NCBI RefSeq assembly: GCF_004010195.1
Contig: NC_057718.1
Location: 90,056,837 to 90,120,836 of the forward strand
Origin: Chiloscyllium plagiosum
Lineage: Eukaryota
Length of the DNA stretch: 64,000 nucleotides
Direction: 5' to 3'
The position numbers were made by a program, and so were the translations under genes. The notes under the pieces were generated by a model that was not told the DNA's origin, ran no database searches, and saw only the letters and a list, made by a program, of their open reading frames with translations. How positions within the stretch are numbered: position 1 is the stretch's first letter; the number at the start of each line of letters is the position of its first letter. Shown one piece after another: positions 37,790 through 50,270 of this stretch.

Positions 37790-38341
37790 TGAACACCTCT
37801 GGGACACCCGGACAAACCAACCCAACCACCCTGTGGCTCAACACTTTAACTCCCCCTCCCACTCCACCAAGGATATGCAGGTCTTTGGACTCCTCCACCG
37901 CCAGACCACAACAACACGACGGTTGGAGGAAGAGCGCCTCATCTTCCGCCTGGGAACCCTCCAACCACAAGGGATGAACTCGGATTCCACCAGTTTCCTC
38001 ATTTCCCCTCCCCCCACCTTGTCTCAGTCAAATCCCTCGAACTCAGCACCGCCTTCCTAACCTGCAATCTTCTTCCTGACCTCTCCGCCCCCACCCCAGT
38101 CTGACCTATCACCCTCACCTTGACCTCTTTCCACCTATCACATTTCCGACGCCCCTCCCCCAGGTCCCTCCTCCCTACCTTTTATCTTAGTCTGCTGGAC
38201 AAACTTTCCTCATTCCTGAAGAAGGGCTTATGCCCGAAACGTCGATTCTCCTGTTCCTTGGATGCTGCCTGACCTGCTGTGCTTTACCAGCAACACATTT
38301 TCAGCTCTGATCTCCAGCATCTGCAGACCTCACTTTCTCCT
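37790..38341 (+). mobile_element. PLE family A 3' fragment: GIY-YIG C-terminus, 3' UTR and intact hammerhead core at 38216-38243
   Basis: EHLWDTRTNQPNHPVAQHFNSPSHSTKDMQVFGLLHRQTTTTRRLEEERLIFRLGTLQPQGMN links family A to a PLE endonuclease. Flanked by CTATTAT(A/C)TGA duplication. Confidence 0.9.
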
Positions 38342-38919
38342 ATTATCTGATTTAGCCATAATTCCAACCAACAGTGTCTGTCCCTGGAAGTGTCCAGGGT
38401 TCAATCCTTACACAGCATTGCCTTTCGAAGTTCTGCTGGTGAATTGTTCTGGTGTTGGATTCTTATACAATTTTCTCTCTATCAAGTTTGTTGTGTGACA
38501 TTACTGATGATCCTATAGATTCTTTCACCTCCAACACTGATTATACATCTGGAGACCTCAAGTCTGTAGCTTGCCCTTTCTTCCTTGTTACATTCAGTGT
38601 TAGATGTCTCTTTAAAACACTGTGTGTCCTGCAATTTATCCGTTTACTTCAGGGCATCCCTTCTGCACATGCTGTTAATTGCCCATTTGTCACAAAGCAG
38701 CAAGTTATCAAACAATGTTACCTCCTACATCCCAGGAAACAGCTTGTCTATGTTGGTTTGACTCCTTCTTTCCAGAATGGTTAATTAGCATCTTGCCTTT
38801 CATTCCTTTATAACTGTTTATCCTTGTCCTTTTCATCCTTTAACTGATTCCAGAAAAAGTTATTGCTGATTATTTCATTCCCAAAGTTATTAAAGTTTAC
38901 TTTGTCATAGTTCCTTCTA

Positions 38920-39395
38920 GTTATAGAATCTCTACAGTGTAGAGACAGGCCATTTGGCCCAACAAGTCCACACCAACCCTCTGAAAAATATCTCACCCAG
39001 AATAATGCCTGACTAATGCACCTAACCTACACATCCCTGAATGCTATGGGGCAATTTAGCATGGCCAACTCACCTAACCTACACATCCCTGAATGCTAAG
39101 GGGCAATTTAGCATGGCCAACTCACCTAACCTGCACATTCCTGAATGCTATGGGGCAATTTAGCATGGCCAACTCACCTAACCTACACATCCCTGAATGC
39201 TATGGGGCAATTTAGCATGGCCAACCCATCTAACCTACACATCCTTGGACTGTGGGTGAAACTAGAGCACCCGGAGGAAACCCACACAGACACGGGGAGA
39301 ATGTGCAAACTCCACATGGTCTCCTGAGGCTGGAATTGAACCCAGGTCCCTGGCGCTGTAAGGCAGCAGTGCTAACCACTAAGCCACTATACGGC
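38920..39395 (-). mobile_element. HE1 SINE with an internal 52-bp tandem expansion
   Basis: Four units at 39021-39228. Confidence 0.9.
39021..39228. repeat. Tandem repeat, 4 x 52 bp
   Basis: Unit CCTAACCTACACATCCCTGAATGCTATGGGGCAATTTAGCATGGCCAACTCA. Confidence 0.92.
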
Positions 39396-40577
39396 TGTTG
39401 TGATCCATGCAAACACTGACTGGATAGGAAAAGACCGTCTGGTTAATCCATTCAGTTCCATGTGACCCAGGGACAAAATCCAGTTAAAAACCAAATTCAG
39501 TGATAGCTGCAAATGAACGTAATGCAACACTGTTCTGAGATGCACTCGCCAAGTTGGAATCAGCATGCATCATTTGCACATTTTATTGATCTATCCTTCT
39601 GACAATTAGGATCTTTGAGTGTTGCACTAAAATCATTAGCCCATTGAATTCTGCTGGGAGAGGTAACAAACTGCTTAAAACTCAGACTGATATAATATGT
39701 CTTTGAAATTCCTCTCTGACACCACTACCTGATCAGAACTAGCCCGGCTGATCACTAAGTGCTTGTCTCTCAAGTGCCGCTATATTTAATCAGCAGCAGG
39801 TATCAGCTGTTGAGAGTGCGGTGCTGGAAAAGCACAGCCGGTCCTGCAGCGTCTGAGGAGCAGGAGAGTCAACCTTTTGGGTGTAAGCCCCTCATCTGCA
39901 GTCCTCACTTTCTCCTAGAGGATATCAGCTGTCAACCTGACCCTGCCTGTGGTGGGATAGGCCACTTCTTAGCGTGTTTAAACTGGGCTCCTGCAGGCCA
40001 TTTCAATGGAAGTAAATTTCCATTGGGGTGCTGACCTCGTCCAAACTCTACTCAGCTGGAAAATATGCTTCCTTTCTCATATTTTTGTGAGTCCTCTCGC
40101 CAAAGTTTGCAAGTGTTCTTCAGGGAAGGTAATCTGACATCCTAAACTGGTTTGGCCTACGTCTGACTCTATGCCCATGCCTCTCAACTGCCCTTTGGCA
40201 ACTAGGGCTTAGGCCGGTCTAGCCAGCGGCACACACAGCCATTGAGTGAATAAAGTCAAAAGAGCCCATGCTGATGTTGCGCTCCACATGAGCTGACCCT
40301 ATAACAGTTCATCTCGCCCCCCTCTACGTATCCTCCCACTTTTCCCCATGCATTTATCTGATCTATCCTGAAAGAGTGGGATTGCATGGGTGTTGAAAGC
40401 TCTGTAGAGCCAGAGGGGTGTTTGCATCAGTCTCAAAACCCTCACATTTGATCTATTTTGCAGCCACTTCTCACCAAATGCTGTAAGACACCGTAACCAT
40501 TTTGATGGGCAAACCACAGCCTGCACTTCCCCACAAATAACAGTAACCGTGGGTAGGTTTAACAATACCTCACAGGA

Positions 40578-41040
40578 TAGACCTCATAGAAGTTTATAAA
40601 AATAATGAGAGGTTTAGATAGAATTAATGTAGGTGTCTTTTCCCTAGGGTGGGGGATTTCAAGGTTGAGAGTGTGTTGCTGGAAAAGCACAGCAAGTCAG
40701 GCAGCATCCAAGGAGCAGGAGAATCGACGGTTCGGGCTGGACCCCTTCATCAGGAATTGGGGGATATCAAAACTAGAGGGCACATTTTTTAAGGTGAGAG
40801 GAGAGAGTGTTAAAACAGACATGAGGGCTTTTGTTTTTACACAGAGGATGGTTTTTGGGTGGAATGAAATTCCAGAGAAAGTGATGGATGCAGGTACAGT
40901 TACAACATTTAAAAGACTTTTAGATAAGTCCATGAATAGGAAAGATTTGGAGGGATATGGGTCAGGAGCAGGCAGGTGGGACTAGTTTAGTTTGGGATTG
41001 GTTGGATTGAAGGGTCTGTTTCTGCGCTGTATGACTCTAT
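40578..41040 (+). mobile_element. CR1 3' fragment with a PLE family A arm inserted at 40663-40757
   Basis: TSD TGGGGGAT(T/A)TCAA at 40650-40662 and 40758-40770. Confidence 0.87.
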
Positions 41041-41069
41041 AATTAACAGTCCAGATAGACATACCTGAC

Positions 41070-41305
41070 AATGTGTGGAGTTTGCGTGTTCTCCCCATGT
41101 CTGCGTGGGTTTCCTCCAGGTGCTCCAGTTTCTTCCCACAGTCACAAAGATGTGCAGGTCAAGTGAATTGGCCAGGCTAAATTGCCTGTAGTGCAAGGTG
41201 CATCATTCAGAGGGAAATGGGTCTGGGTGGGTTGCTCTTCAGAGGGTCGGTGTGGACTGGTTGGGCCGAAGGGCCTGTTTCCACACTGTAGGGAATCTAA
41301 TCTAA
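41070..41305 (+). mobile_element. 5'-truncated HE1 SINE
   Basis: V-domain and tail. Confidence 0.87.
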
Positions 41306-42792
41306 AAAAAAGTCAATGTTTTGGGTGCAACCCTTCTTCAGGACTGGGGGTGGGGGTGGGGGGAGCTTCAGATAAAGGGGGTGGCGGGGACAGGGTGATG
41401 AAGTGGGGATAGGTGAAGACAGGCAAAGGGAACGACCTGGTTGATCAACAGGAGGAATGAATCCAGTGGGTGGCTGGGAGGAATGGAAGGGAGGGGTATT
41501 GCTGTGAAGGGAGTCGGGGGAAGGGAAGAGAGGTATTTGAAATTGGAGAACTCGCTGCTGAGTCCCCAAACTTGCTTGACACAGCAGTTCACACTTGCTC
41601 ATTCTGAATCTCACCCGGTCCTTGACTTTACGTGCAGTTTTGATTCTGACATGAATTGGGAAGTCCTAAGGTGGGTGAACCCTGGAACGTTTCACCACCC
41701 ACCCATCCCGGCCCTCAAAGGCTTGACTTTTTGGATTGATGAAAGGATTCAGAATGTAGCACACAGAGTCAATGTGGTAACTTACAATTGGTGTTAACAG
41801 TGAATAACACTATACTTGAACAGGTCACAGCAGGAGAGAATCAATTCTGTCAGTACGAGGGGGCTGACAGGGTAATGGAATACAATATTGTCCTGACATA
41901 CTGTGACTGTCAAGATAAGGCAATCTTTCAAAACTCAAGTGCTGGATAAAGCAATTGTTTCCTGGCAAGGAGCTGGATATGAGTAAAATGTGTCCTCTCT
42001 GGGATTTGTATTGTAGAACCCTTAGACTATCTGAGCTATTTTAAAAGCTGGCCTGTCGATGTGACTTTAGGTTTGATTATAACTAGGGAAGTAGAGAGGG
42101 CTTTAAACTAAACGGGGGGTTTAGGGTGTGTCAACTTTGGATATCTGTGACAAATCAAGGGATTGAGTCAAAGCAGAAGAGAAATATACCAAGCTCAGGG
42201 AGTGGCAGCCAGTTTGTATTTAGTTGATATCAAGACCAATTGGACAATATGCTACTTTTCTTATTGTATCTAGTATTTACGTTAGCCCTTTAATGAGGTA
42301 AATGATCTTCAGGCACTTTTACAAGATCAAACAAAATTAGACACCAAATTACAGAAGGATGAGATAAAAAATTTGATCAAAGAGGTAAGTTTTGCAGGAT
42401 CACCTCAAGGAGGTAGATAGTCTGTAACTTGCTCTTTCCCAACATCTTGTAACTCCATGCTTATCATGGCTGGTAGATGTAATGCATCATGCCTTCTGCA
42501 TTGACGCTGTCTTGCACTTGTCATGTTAATGGTAGTGATTTAATAATCAGTCACTCACCAGGATTGATTAACTCAGTGGATTAGTTCATTTAAAACAGTA
42601 AAACACATTACAAGTTCTGAAGCTGAAGTTTAACAACAGACTGATTTCTATGTGTCTAGCCTGCAGACACCAAGCAGACTAACTGGCAGCAGGGTATCAA
42701 CATTGTATATATACATATGGAGTCATTAAAGGTGAACACTCTTAAAGGCAAGGCACACAGACAAATGTAGTACCCCAAACATTTATCTTAAT

Positions 42793-43102
42793 GGGCGGCA
42801 CCCGTGGTTAGCACTGCTGCCTCACAGCGCCAGAGACCTGGGTTCAATTCCCGCCTCAGGCAACTGTCTGTGTGGAGTTTGCACATTCTCCCCGTGTCTG
42901 CGTGGGTTTCCTCCGGGTGCTCTGGTTTCCTCCCACAGTCCAAAAATGTGCAGGTTAGGTGAATTGGCCATGCTAAATTGCCCTTAGTGTTAGGTGAAGG
43001 GGTAAATGTAGGGGAATGGGTCTGGGTGGGTTACGCTTTGGAGGGTCAGTGTGGACTTGTTGGGCCGAAGGGCCTGTTTCCACACTGTAAGTAATCTAAT
43101 CT
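42793..43102 (+). mobile_element. HE1 SINE
   Basis: Consensus match. Confidence 0.92.
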
Positions 43103-43814
43103 TAATATTACCTTTCGGAAGAAACAATCTTCCAGGTCTAAGCCTGATCAATTTGTAAAAGGAAAGGCTTTTTCATAGAGGCATTGAGATCTACAGCATA
43201 GACAAACAGCCTTTGGCCCATTGTGGAGTCAAGTCCCACTTGCTTTGGAAGTGAGATCACGTCTCTCTCCTTTAAGGACATTGGATGCGGTTCACAGGAG
43301 GATTATGAGATTGGTACCTCGAATGAGTGGGTTGACTTATGAAATGTAGAAAAATGTAGAAGAATGAGGGTCGATTTGATTGAAGTTAATGGGTGGAATT
43401 TGATGGGGGCCTGAGTGGCGTGAGGTGAGATGAGATCTGTGGCAGAGTCAGATGAAAAGGAGTGTGGTCAAGTGTACCGCAACACTGGGAGAATCTCACT
43501 CCATCTTCTGTGCTTTTGCTGAGCGATGAGGGGAGTTTATCACGAGACAGAATTAGTTTGCCTTTGAACGAGGCATTTAAAGGAACTCGAATCCCCTTAA
43601 CTCCTCAGCCCCCTCTTTAACGTTCAGCTCCCTGTCTTAACGAGTGAGTCGAGCAAACAAGACATTGAGCTTTGGGAGTGAGAGTGGAGGTCCCTGGCAA
43701 TTCTAGCTCACCGTTTGCTTCAAAGGATCTCCATAGGACCCAGCAACAGCACAGGGCACCATCCTCGGGCATATTGCCCACAGACATTGGCATCTGACCC
43801 CCTATTGACCATCG

Positions 43815-44155
43815 TAGTACCTACAGTGTGGGAGCAGGCCATTCGGCCCATCGAGTCCACACCGACCCTCTGAAGAGCATCCCACCCAGACCCACCCCTC
43901 TACCATATCTCTGTAACCTTGCATTTCCCAGGCTAAACCACTAACCTGCACATCTCTGGACACGTTAGTACGGCCAATCCACCTGACCTGCACATCTTTG
44001 GACTGTGGGAGGAAACCGGAGTATCAGGAGGAAACCCACACAGACACGGGGAGAATGTGCAAACTCCACGCAGACAGTCGCCCGAGGCTGGAATTGTACC
44101 CAGGTCCCTGGTGCTATGAGGCAACAGTGCTAACCACTGAGCCACCCGTGCTGCC
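43815..44155 (-). mobile_element. HE1 SINE
   Basis: Consensus match. Confidence 0.88.
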
Positions 44156-45526
44156 CTTTAATATTCTAGAAGGATGCTTAGGAAGCACAGCCTTGAATTA
44201 TGGGGTGTACCAGCAGCTAACATTGAAAGGCTGCTACAAGGATGGACATGTGCCGAGTTCATTTATTGGGACCAGGTTACATTACAGGGTTTCGCACTTG
44301 CTCTCTTAGCACTCGCTTACTTAGTGTCTTCTGGCCTTGACCAATCAGGGTAGCTTTGGAATGCCAATGTTCATCTGGTTACACAGTGGCCTTTTAGATC
44401 TGGCTGCAAGGAATGCTGGTCATTTAGCAGATATCTGGTGAGTGGTGAGTTGTTCTGGAAACAACAGTAAGTTGGGGATGGACGCAGACGTGAGGGTACG
44501 ATAGGTAGTTAATGACTGCATGTTTTGGTAAGGGAAAGCCCAACCAGGCTTTGCAGAAAGAATCACTCCAGGAAAACTCGCGCACCCCACGATTCAGCCC
44601 TGTAAGATTACAATTGATCTTGACAAGGTGTACGTGAAAAGAATTTTTCCCTTTGTGGGCACTGTGAGACACTGTTTTACAATAAAGACAAGAGCTGAGG
44701 GGAAATGATCTCTCTCAGATAGTTGTGTGACTTTGCCTCAGGGGGGCAGTGGAGGTGGAGTCATTTAATGTTTTGAAAGCAGAGATATTTCGATCCCTGT
44801 TAGAGTAGGGAATCAAAGGTTAGCGGGGATAGATGGGAATGTGGTATTTGGAACACAATTGTTCGAAGGGCCAAATGGCCTCCTTCTCCTATTTTGTATC
44901 ATGTCCATTTTGTTTTCATTCTGAAATAGCGGGCTTTCTGCTAGATTAGCCAGGTTACACTGTCAGAGATGTGCTCTTCCTTTGTGTAAAGATGTTTCAC
45001 CATTGAAATCGTGATATTTTGCCTAAGGGCAGCTATTCTGCTCATTTCTGAATGGAACTGGCCTGTGTACCTCCATTCCTTGTAGGAACCTCCCATTTCC
45101 CATTGCAGTGAGCAATGGGCCTGGATACACATAGTGGTTTCCTGTTAACTTTCTTTCTGTGCACCACTAAGAAATGCAAGTGCTCCTTCCGCAAGACTGG
45201 CCTCCTGTCAGCCATTTCTGCTCAGTATTCTAGATTCTCTACCATCACTATTGCCAATTCGCTGGTTCTTAAGTTGGCCGTGACTCATAATCCTGAGTTT
45301 CTGATCCTACACCGGGCAAATTTCTCCAGTGCACTCATGTGGCCCCTGCTATATTTGTGCAATGCTTTAATAACCCTGGCATTAAAGAGTGCTTCATAAT
45401 GTATATGGCAATGTCAAAATCAACTGTTACCACCTAGGAATTCAAAATCTTTATCAGGTTTTAATCGACTGCTGTGCTTCCCTAATGGTGTATTGGAAAA
45501 TCCATGCTATTGTCATATATTCTTCC

Positions 45527-45544
45527 TGCCACCAGGGGGTGCCA
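45527..45544 (+). promoter_or_regulatory. Candidate CTCF binding site
   Basis: TGCCACCAGGGGGTGCCA closely matches the CTCF core consensus CCACCAGGGGGCGC and lies in apparently non-repetitive DNA. Confidence 0.5.
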
Positions 45545-45981
45545 ATGGGTTGTGGGTGTTAAGTCACTTTAAAAGACAGAGTGAAACTTTCCGCTGAACT
45601 TTTGAGGTGTAGCATTTCTGACTTTCTCCAAACCTGACAGTAATGTAAGGTAACACCCTCTTTTCATCACATGATTCCTGAACACCAACTAGATTTCTGG
45701 ACCAAAAATAATTTGCTGGCGTTTAGCTAAGCCTCAGTCTAAAGTATTTTCTGCACTAATTGGACAAAGCCAATAGCTGGGTGCACTGGAGGTATAGATA
45801 GGGTGTCACCTCAATAATAACTGAAAGTGAACTTGTTTCCCAGCCAACCTCCATAGGACAATGCTGTCAAACTCTCAGTCGGGGCACTAGGAGGTACTGT
45901 TGGGTATAATACAATTTGAGAAGGCACATCTGTTGACTTACAGATGCTACTGAGCAGTTGACCTGATTCATGTCATGATAT

Positions 45982-46463
45982 GCATCTGAGGATCAGGAGA
46001 GTTGATGACTCGGGCATAGGTCTTTTCCCTAGGGTGGGGGAGCCCAGAACTAGAGGACATAGGTTTAGGGTGAGAGGGGAAAGACATAAAGGGGACCTAA
46101 CAGGCAACTTTTTCATGCAGAGGGTGGTGCTGAGCTGCCAGAGGAAGTGGTGGAGGCTGGTACAAATGCAGCATTTAAAAGGTATCTGGATGGGTATAAG
46201 AATAGGAAGGGTTTGGAGGGATGTGGGCCAAATGCTGGCAAATGGAACTAGATTTATATAGGATATCTGGTCAGCATGGATGAGTTGGACCAAAGGGTCT
46301 GTTTCCGTGCGGTACAGCTCAATGACTCTAACCCTTCCTGATGAAGGGCTTCTGCCCGAAACATTGACTCTCCTGCTCCTCGGATGCTGCCTTACCTGCT
46401 GTGCTTTGCCCGCACTACACTCTTCGACTCTGACCTCCAGCATCTGCAGTCCTCACTTTCTCC
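45982..46463. mobile_element. Inverted PLE family A insertion with a CR1 3' fragment (about 46020-46330) inside it
   Basis: Flanked by TCATGTC(A/G)TGATAT duplication. Confidence 0.82.
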
Positions 46464-46490
46464 TCATGTCGTGATATCTACAATAAAGAC

Positions 46491-46653
46491 CAACAGGTTT
46501 AATTGGAAGCACTAGCTTTCGAAGCGCCGCTCCTTCATCAGGTGGCGCTCTGAAAGCCAGTGCTTCCAATTAAACCTGTTGGACTCTGACCTGGTGTTGT
46601 GTCATTTTTAACTTTGTACACCCCAGTCCAACACCGGCATCTCCAAATCGTGA
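46491..46653. mobile_element. Palindromic PLE family B insertion
   Basis: TSD CTACAATAAAGAC at 46478-46490 and 46654-46666. Core at 46513-46541 (-). Confidence 0.88.
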
Positions 46654-48484
46654 CTACAATAAAGACTGGGGTTTACGTTATGTCACTACTGATTGGAAGT
46701 TCCAGTAGCATTGCTAATGTGACTATGTGTTTTGCTCTGCTGAATTTGTTCGTGACTCCTCTTTGATGAATGTGACCCACCACCCAGATTGCTCTGTGCT
46801 TAATTAAGACACTCCCTACAGCAAAATGCCCACTGACGAAGGTGCAGTTGAGCTGTGAGGTTGCAGGGTGCAGCAGTGCTCCATCACGAGAATCTGAATC
46901 TCCTGAGGCATCGGTGCCCCTGTGTATGGGATTGCTGGTCACCTGGTAGTCAATCCAGTGTCGGAGTGTGGCATCCTCCCATTGACATCTGAGTGCCCAT
47001 CCTCTATGGAAGGGCATGTGACTACTGGTGCAGCCGCAACTGGGGGATGGTGTCCAATTTCCCACACCCCAAGCAGAGATGGGTGGCGAGCTTATTCTGA
47101 ATGCTGGGAATATTGACGTACAGCTGAAGGGCTGGTCAGGTGAAGGGGCCTCCAAGTTGGCAAATTGGTATTCAACCTGCCAACCGCTTTCTGAGGGAAG
47201 GAGCACTTTGTAGTCGGCCTGCCCTTCAGTGTAACTATTCAAAGCTTTTAAAATTCTAATGCACCACACTCTTATTTGTTCAGAGACACAGTGTGTGGGA
47301 CAGCTCCCTTATGGGCATTGAGGAACTTCCATGAGAAAAATCCTCTTCACTACCTTCCCAAATGATTGTCTTTCTATCTCAGCCACAGGGTTCCTGACTT
47401 CTGCATCAAGTGTTTGCTTGAGAACTTCAGAAGTCGTTTGGAGATTTGGGCTCCACGGTGTTTATCCAAATTTCAACCTTCCTCAGCCTCAAAAGCCTTC
47501 CTTCGCCAACCAGGTCAGACCCCACCCATCCCGGCTGTCATTTTATGTCACGTGGCTTGAAGGAACTCTAGTTACTACCCTTGGAGAAATGAAAAAAGGG
47601 AAATAATGAAAAGAAACATTCAGACCAAGTGTCAACATAATGCATTGCGTCGCTGCAGACCGTAGTTTCTCTTTGATTCCCAGCCTTTGGATTTGATGTT
47701 CATTTCAGACATAGCACTTAACAATCAAATAGGCTCCAGTCATCAGTGATTTTAATTATGAGCTTATCTGTTCTTCGTCTGTTCTTCATTTGCTGAAATG
47801 AGGAGCATTTTGGATTTATAGAAATAGTTGAAAAGATTGAAACAAGACATAGGAGTGTAGCATTTCGGCGAGTTATTGTGGAGGAAAACCATGGGCTGTA
47901 GAGTCAATTTTCTCGTTTTACTGATGTTACCATCAAATTCTGACATGCTTAATTTTGTCAACAGCATGCAATTTGGAAAAGATGTAACAAAAAAAAGAGT
48001 TGAAATGAAAGGATAAACTTGACTCGATGTGAAGGTGAATTGGAAAATATCATGGAATCCTTTTTTTTCCAAGTGCTCTTGACGATGAGATGTTCCATTT
48101 TAGTTTGATGCAGGTGAAGAGTTCAGTGCATCTATTAATACCATGTTAATTTGAGTCATTGTGGATCAGTGTATTGGAGTTTAGGCTGTATATTAAACTC
48201 TGCTTTGTCTCCGCAGCAGTGTACTTGACCTTAATCCCACACCGCAAGATTAAAATTCCTGGATGTGGTCTGTATTTTCACTTTCTCTTCAGGGCTAACA
48301 TCCTTCAGCCACTGAACTGCTAAAGCAGAACACAAAACGGCACTTTTATATCAGCGTTTTCAATGAGGTGGATCATACATATATAGTTGCTTCAAGGGTG
48401 AAGGTCATTGGAGTCTAGAGTTCACTGCCTGAAGGGAAGGTTGAGTCAGAAAATCTCATAACATGTAAGCAAGTGTTTACATTT

Positions 48485-49007
48485 GGGGCGGCATGGTGGC
48501 TCTGTGGTTAGCACCGCTGCCTCACAGTGCCAGGGATCCAGGTTCGATTCCAGCCTCGGGCAATTGTCCGGGTGGAGTATGTACATTCTCCTTGTGTCTG
48601 TGTGGGTTTCTACAGCTGCTCTGGTTTCTTCCCACAATCCAAAGATGTGCAGGTTAGGGTGGAATGGCCAAGCTAAATTGCCCATAGTGTTCAGGGATGT
48701 GTAGGTTAGGTACATTAGTCAGGGATAAATGTAGGGCAGGTGGCATCCGAGGAGCAGGAACATCAACATTTCAGGCAAAAGTCATTCCTGAAGAAAGGCT
48801 TTTGTCCGAAACGTTGATTTTCCTGCTCCTCAGATGCTGCCTGACCCACTGTGCTTTTTGAGCACCACTCTAATCTAAACTCTGGTTTCCAGCATCCACA
48901 GTCCTCACTTTTGCCTAGGGGTAAACGGGTTTGGGTGGGATACTCTTTGGAGGGTCAGTGTGGATTTGTTGGGCCGAAGGGCCTGTTTCCACACTGTAGG
49001 GATTCTA
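48485..49007 (+). mobile_element. HE1 SINE interrupted by an inverted PLE family A insertion (about 48735-48917)
   Basis: SINE sequence resumes after the PLE. Confidence 0.85.
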
Positions 49008-49299
49008 TGGAAATGTGCACTTGTGCTTTCATATCCTCTGGCACAAGGACTAAAAACTGGACAGATCTTTGTTGATCAGCAAGGATGTGATGGGCCAAAT
49101 GGCCCCCTGCTGCTCTCTAAACATCAACACGTTGAACAATTTTAAGCAGAAGCAATGCCAGCAATTTCTTCACAATTTACAGAATTGAGGATGGAGCAGA
49201 AATTCAAGTGTAAGATACAAACTGGAAGATAAAGGGTGCAGGAGGGTGTGCCAGGAGCAGCATCGAAACATGAGGTAAAGCTACCCAACAGGTCTACGT

Positions 49300-50025
49300 G
49301 CATGCCAAACAGCATAAGCAACAAGTGATTGACAGAGTTTAATATGGACAACCAGCAGGTCAGATCGAAGGTTTGCAGTTCTGCCATGTCCAGACATGAA
49401 TGGGTATGGACGATTAAACAACTGACCAGGAGATACTGGTTTCTGAAATAGCCCCATCCTCAATGATGGAAGAACATGGCACATCGCTACAAACGATAAG
49501 GCTGAAGCTTTCGCTGCAATCTTCAGCCAGAAGTGCTGAGTGGATGATCCATCTTTGTTTCCTCCAATGGTCCCCCATTATCACAGATACAGTCTTCAGC
49601 CAATTTGATTCACTCCATGTGATATCAAGAATTAGTTGGGGCTACTGGATATTCCAAAATCCTTGACAAAATTTCAGCAATAATACTGAAAGCTTGTCAC
49701 AATAATACATGAAAACTTGTTACTCCCTTAGCTCCAACAAAGAGCTCGATGCCATCCAGGACAAAGCATCCCGCTTGATTGGCACCATATCCACAAACAC
49801 CCACTCCCTCCACCACCGACGCTCAGTTGCAGCCGTGTGTGCTATCTACAAGATGCACTGCAGAAGTATACCAAGTCTCCTTAGACAACACCTTCCAAAC
49901 CTATGATCATCATGATCTAGGAGGACAAGGGCAGCAGATACATGGGAACATTCCCACTTGGAAGTCACCATCCTGGCTTTGAAGTATATTGCTGTTCCTT
50001 CACTGTCACTGGGTTAAAATCCTCT
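49300..50025 (+). mobile_element. Fragments of the second LINE family
   Basis: ELDAIQDKASRLIG...SLHHRRSVAAVCAIYKMHC, an RT C-terminal peptide. Confidence 0.72.
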
Positions 50026-50044
50026 TGTGCCAATAGACCCTACG

Positions 50045-50270
50045 CTACACTAGCAGACAGGCTGGTACACTGGCAGGCAGGCTGGTACACTGGCAGCTTA
50101 GTAGACTGGTAGGCAGGCTGGTACACTGACAGGCTGGTACACTGCATGCAGGCTGGTACACTGGCAGACAGGCTGGTACACTGGCAGGCTGGTATACTTC
50201 ATGCAGGCTGGTACACTGGCAGGCTGGTACACTTGCACCCTGGTACACTGGCAGGCAGTCTGGTAAACTA
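50045..50270. repeat. Minisatellite based on CAGGCTGGTACACTGG
   Basis: About 10-12 variable 16-20 bp units. Confidence 0.9.

Noticed and set aside
46673..47269. 198-aa minus-strand ORF as a nested gene
   Set aside because: No recognisable domain, starts at a non-ATG codon and shows no supporting exon structure. It may be an old repeat remnant.
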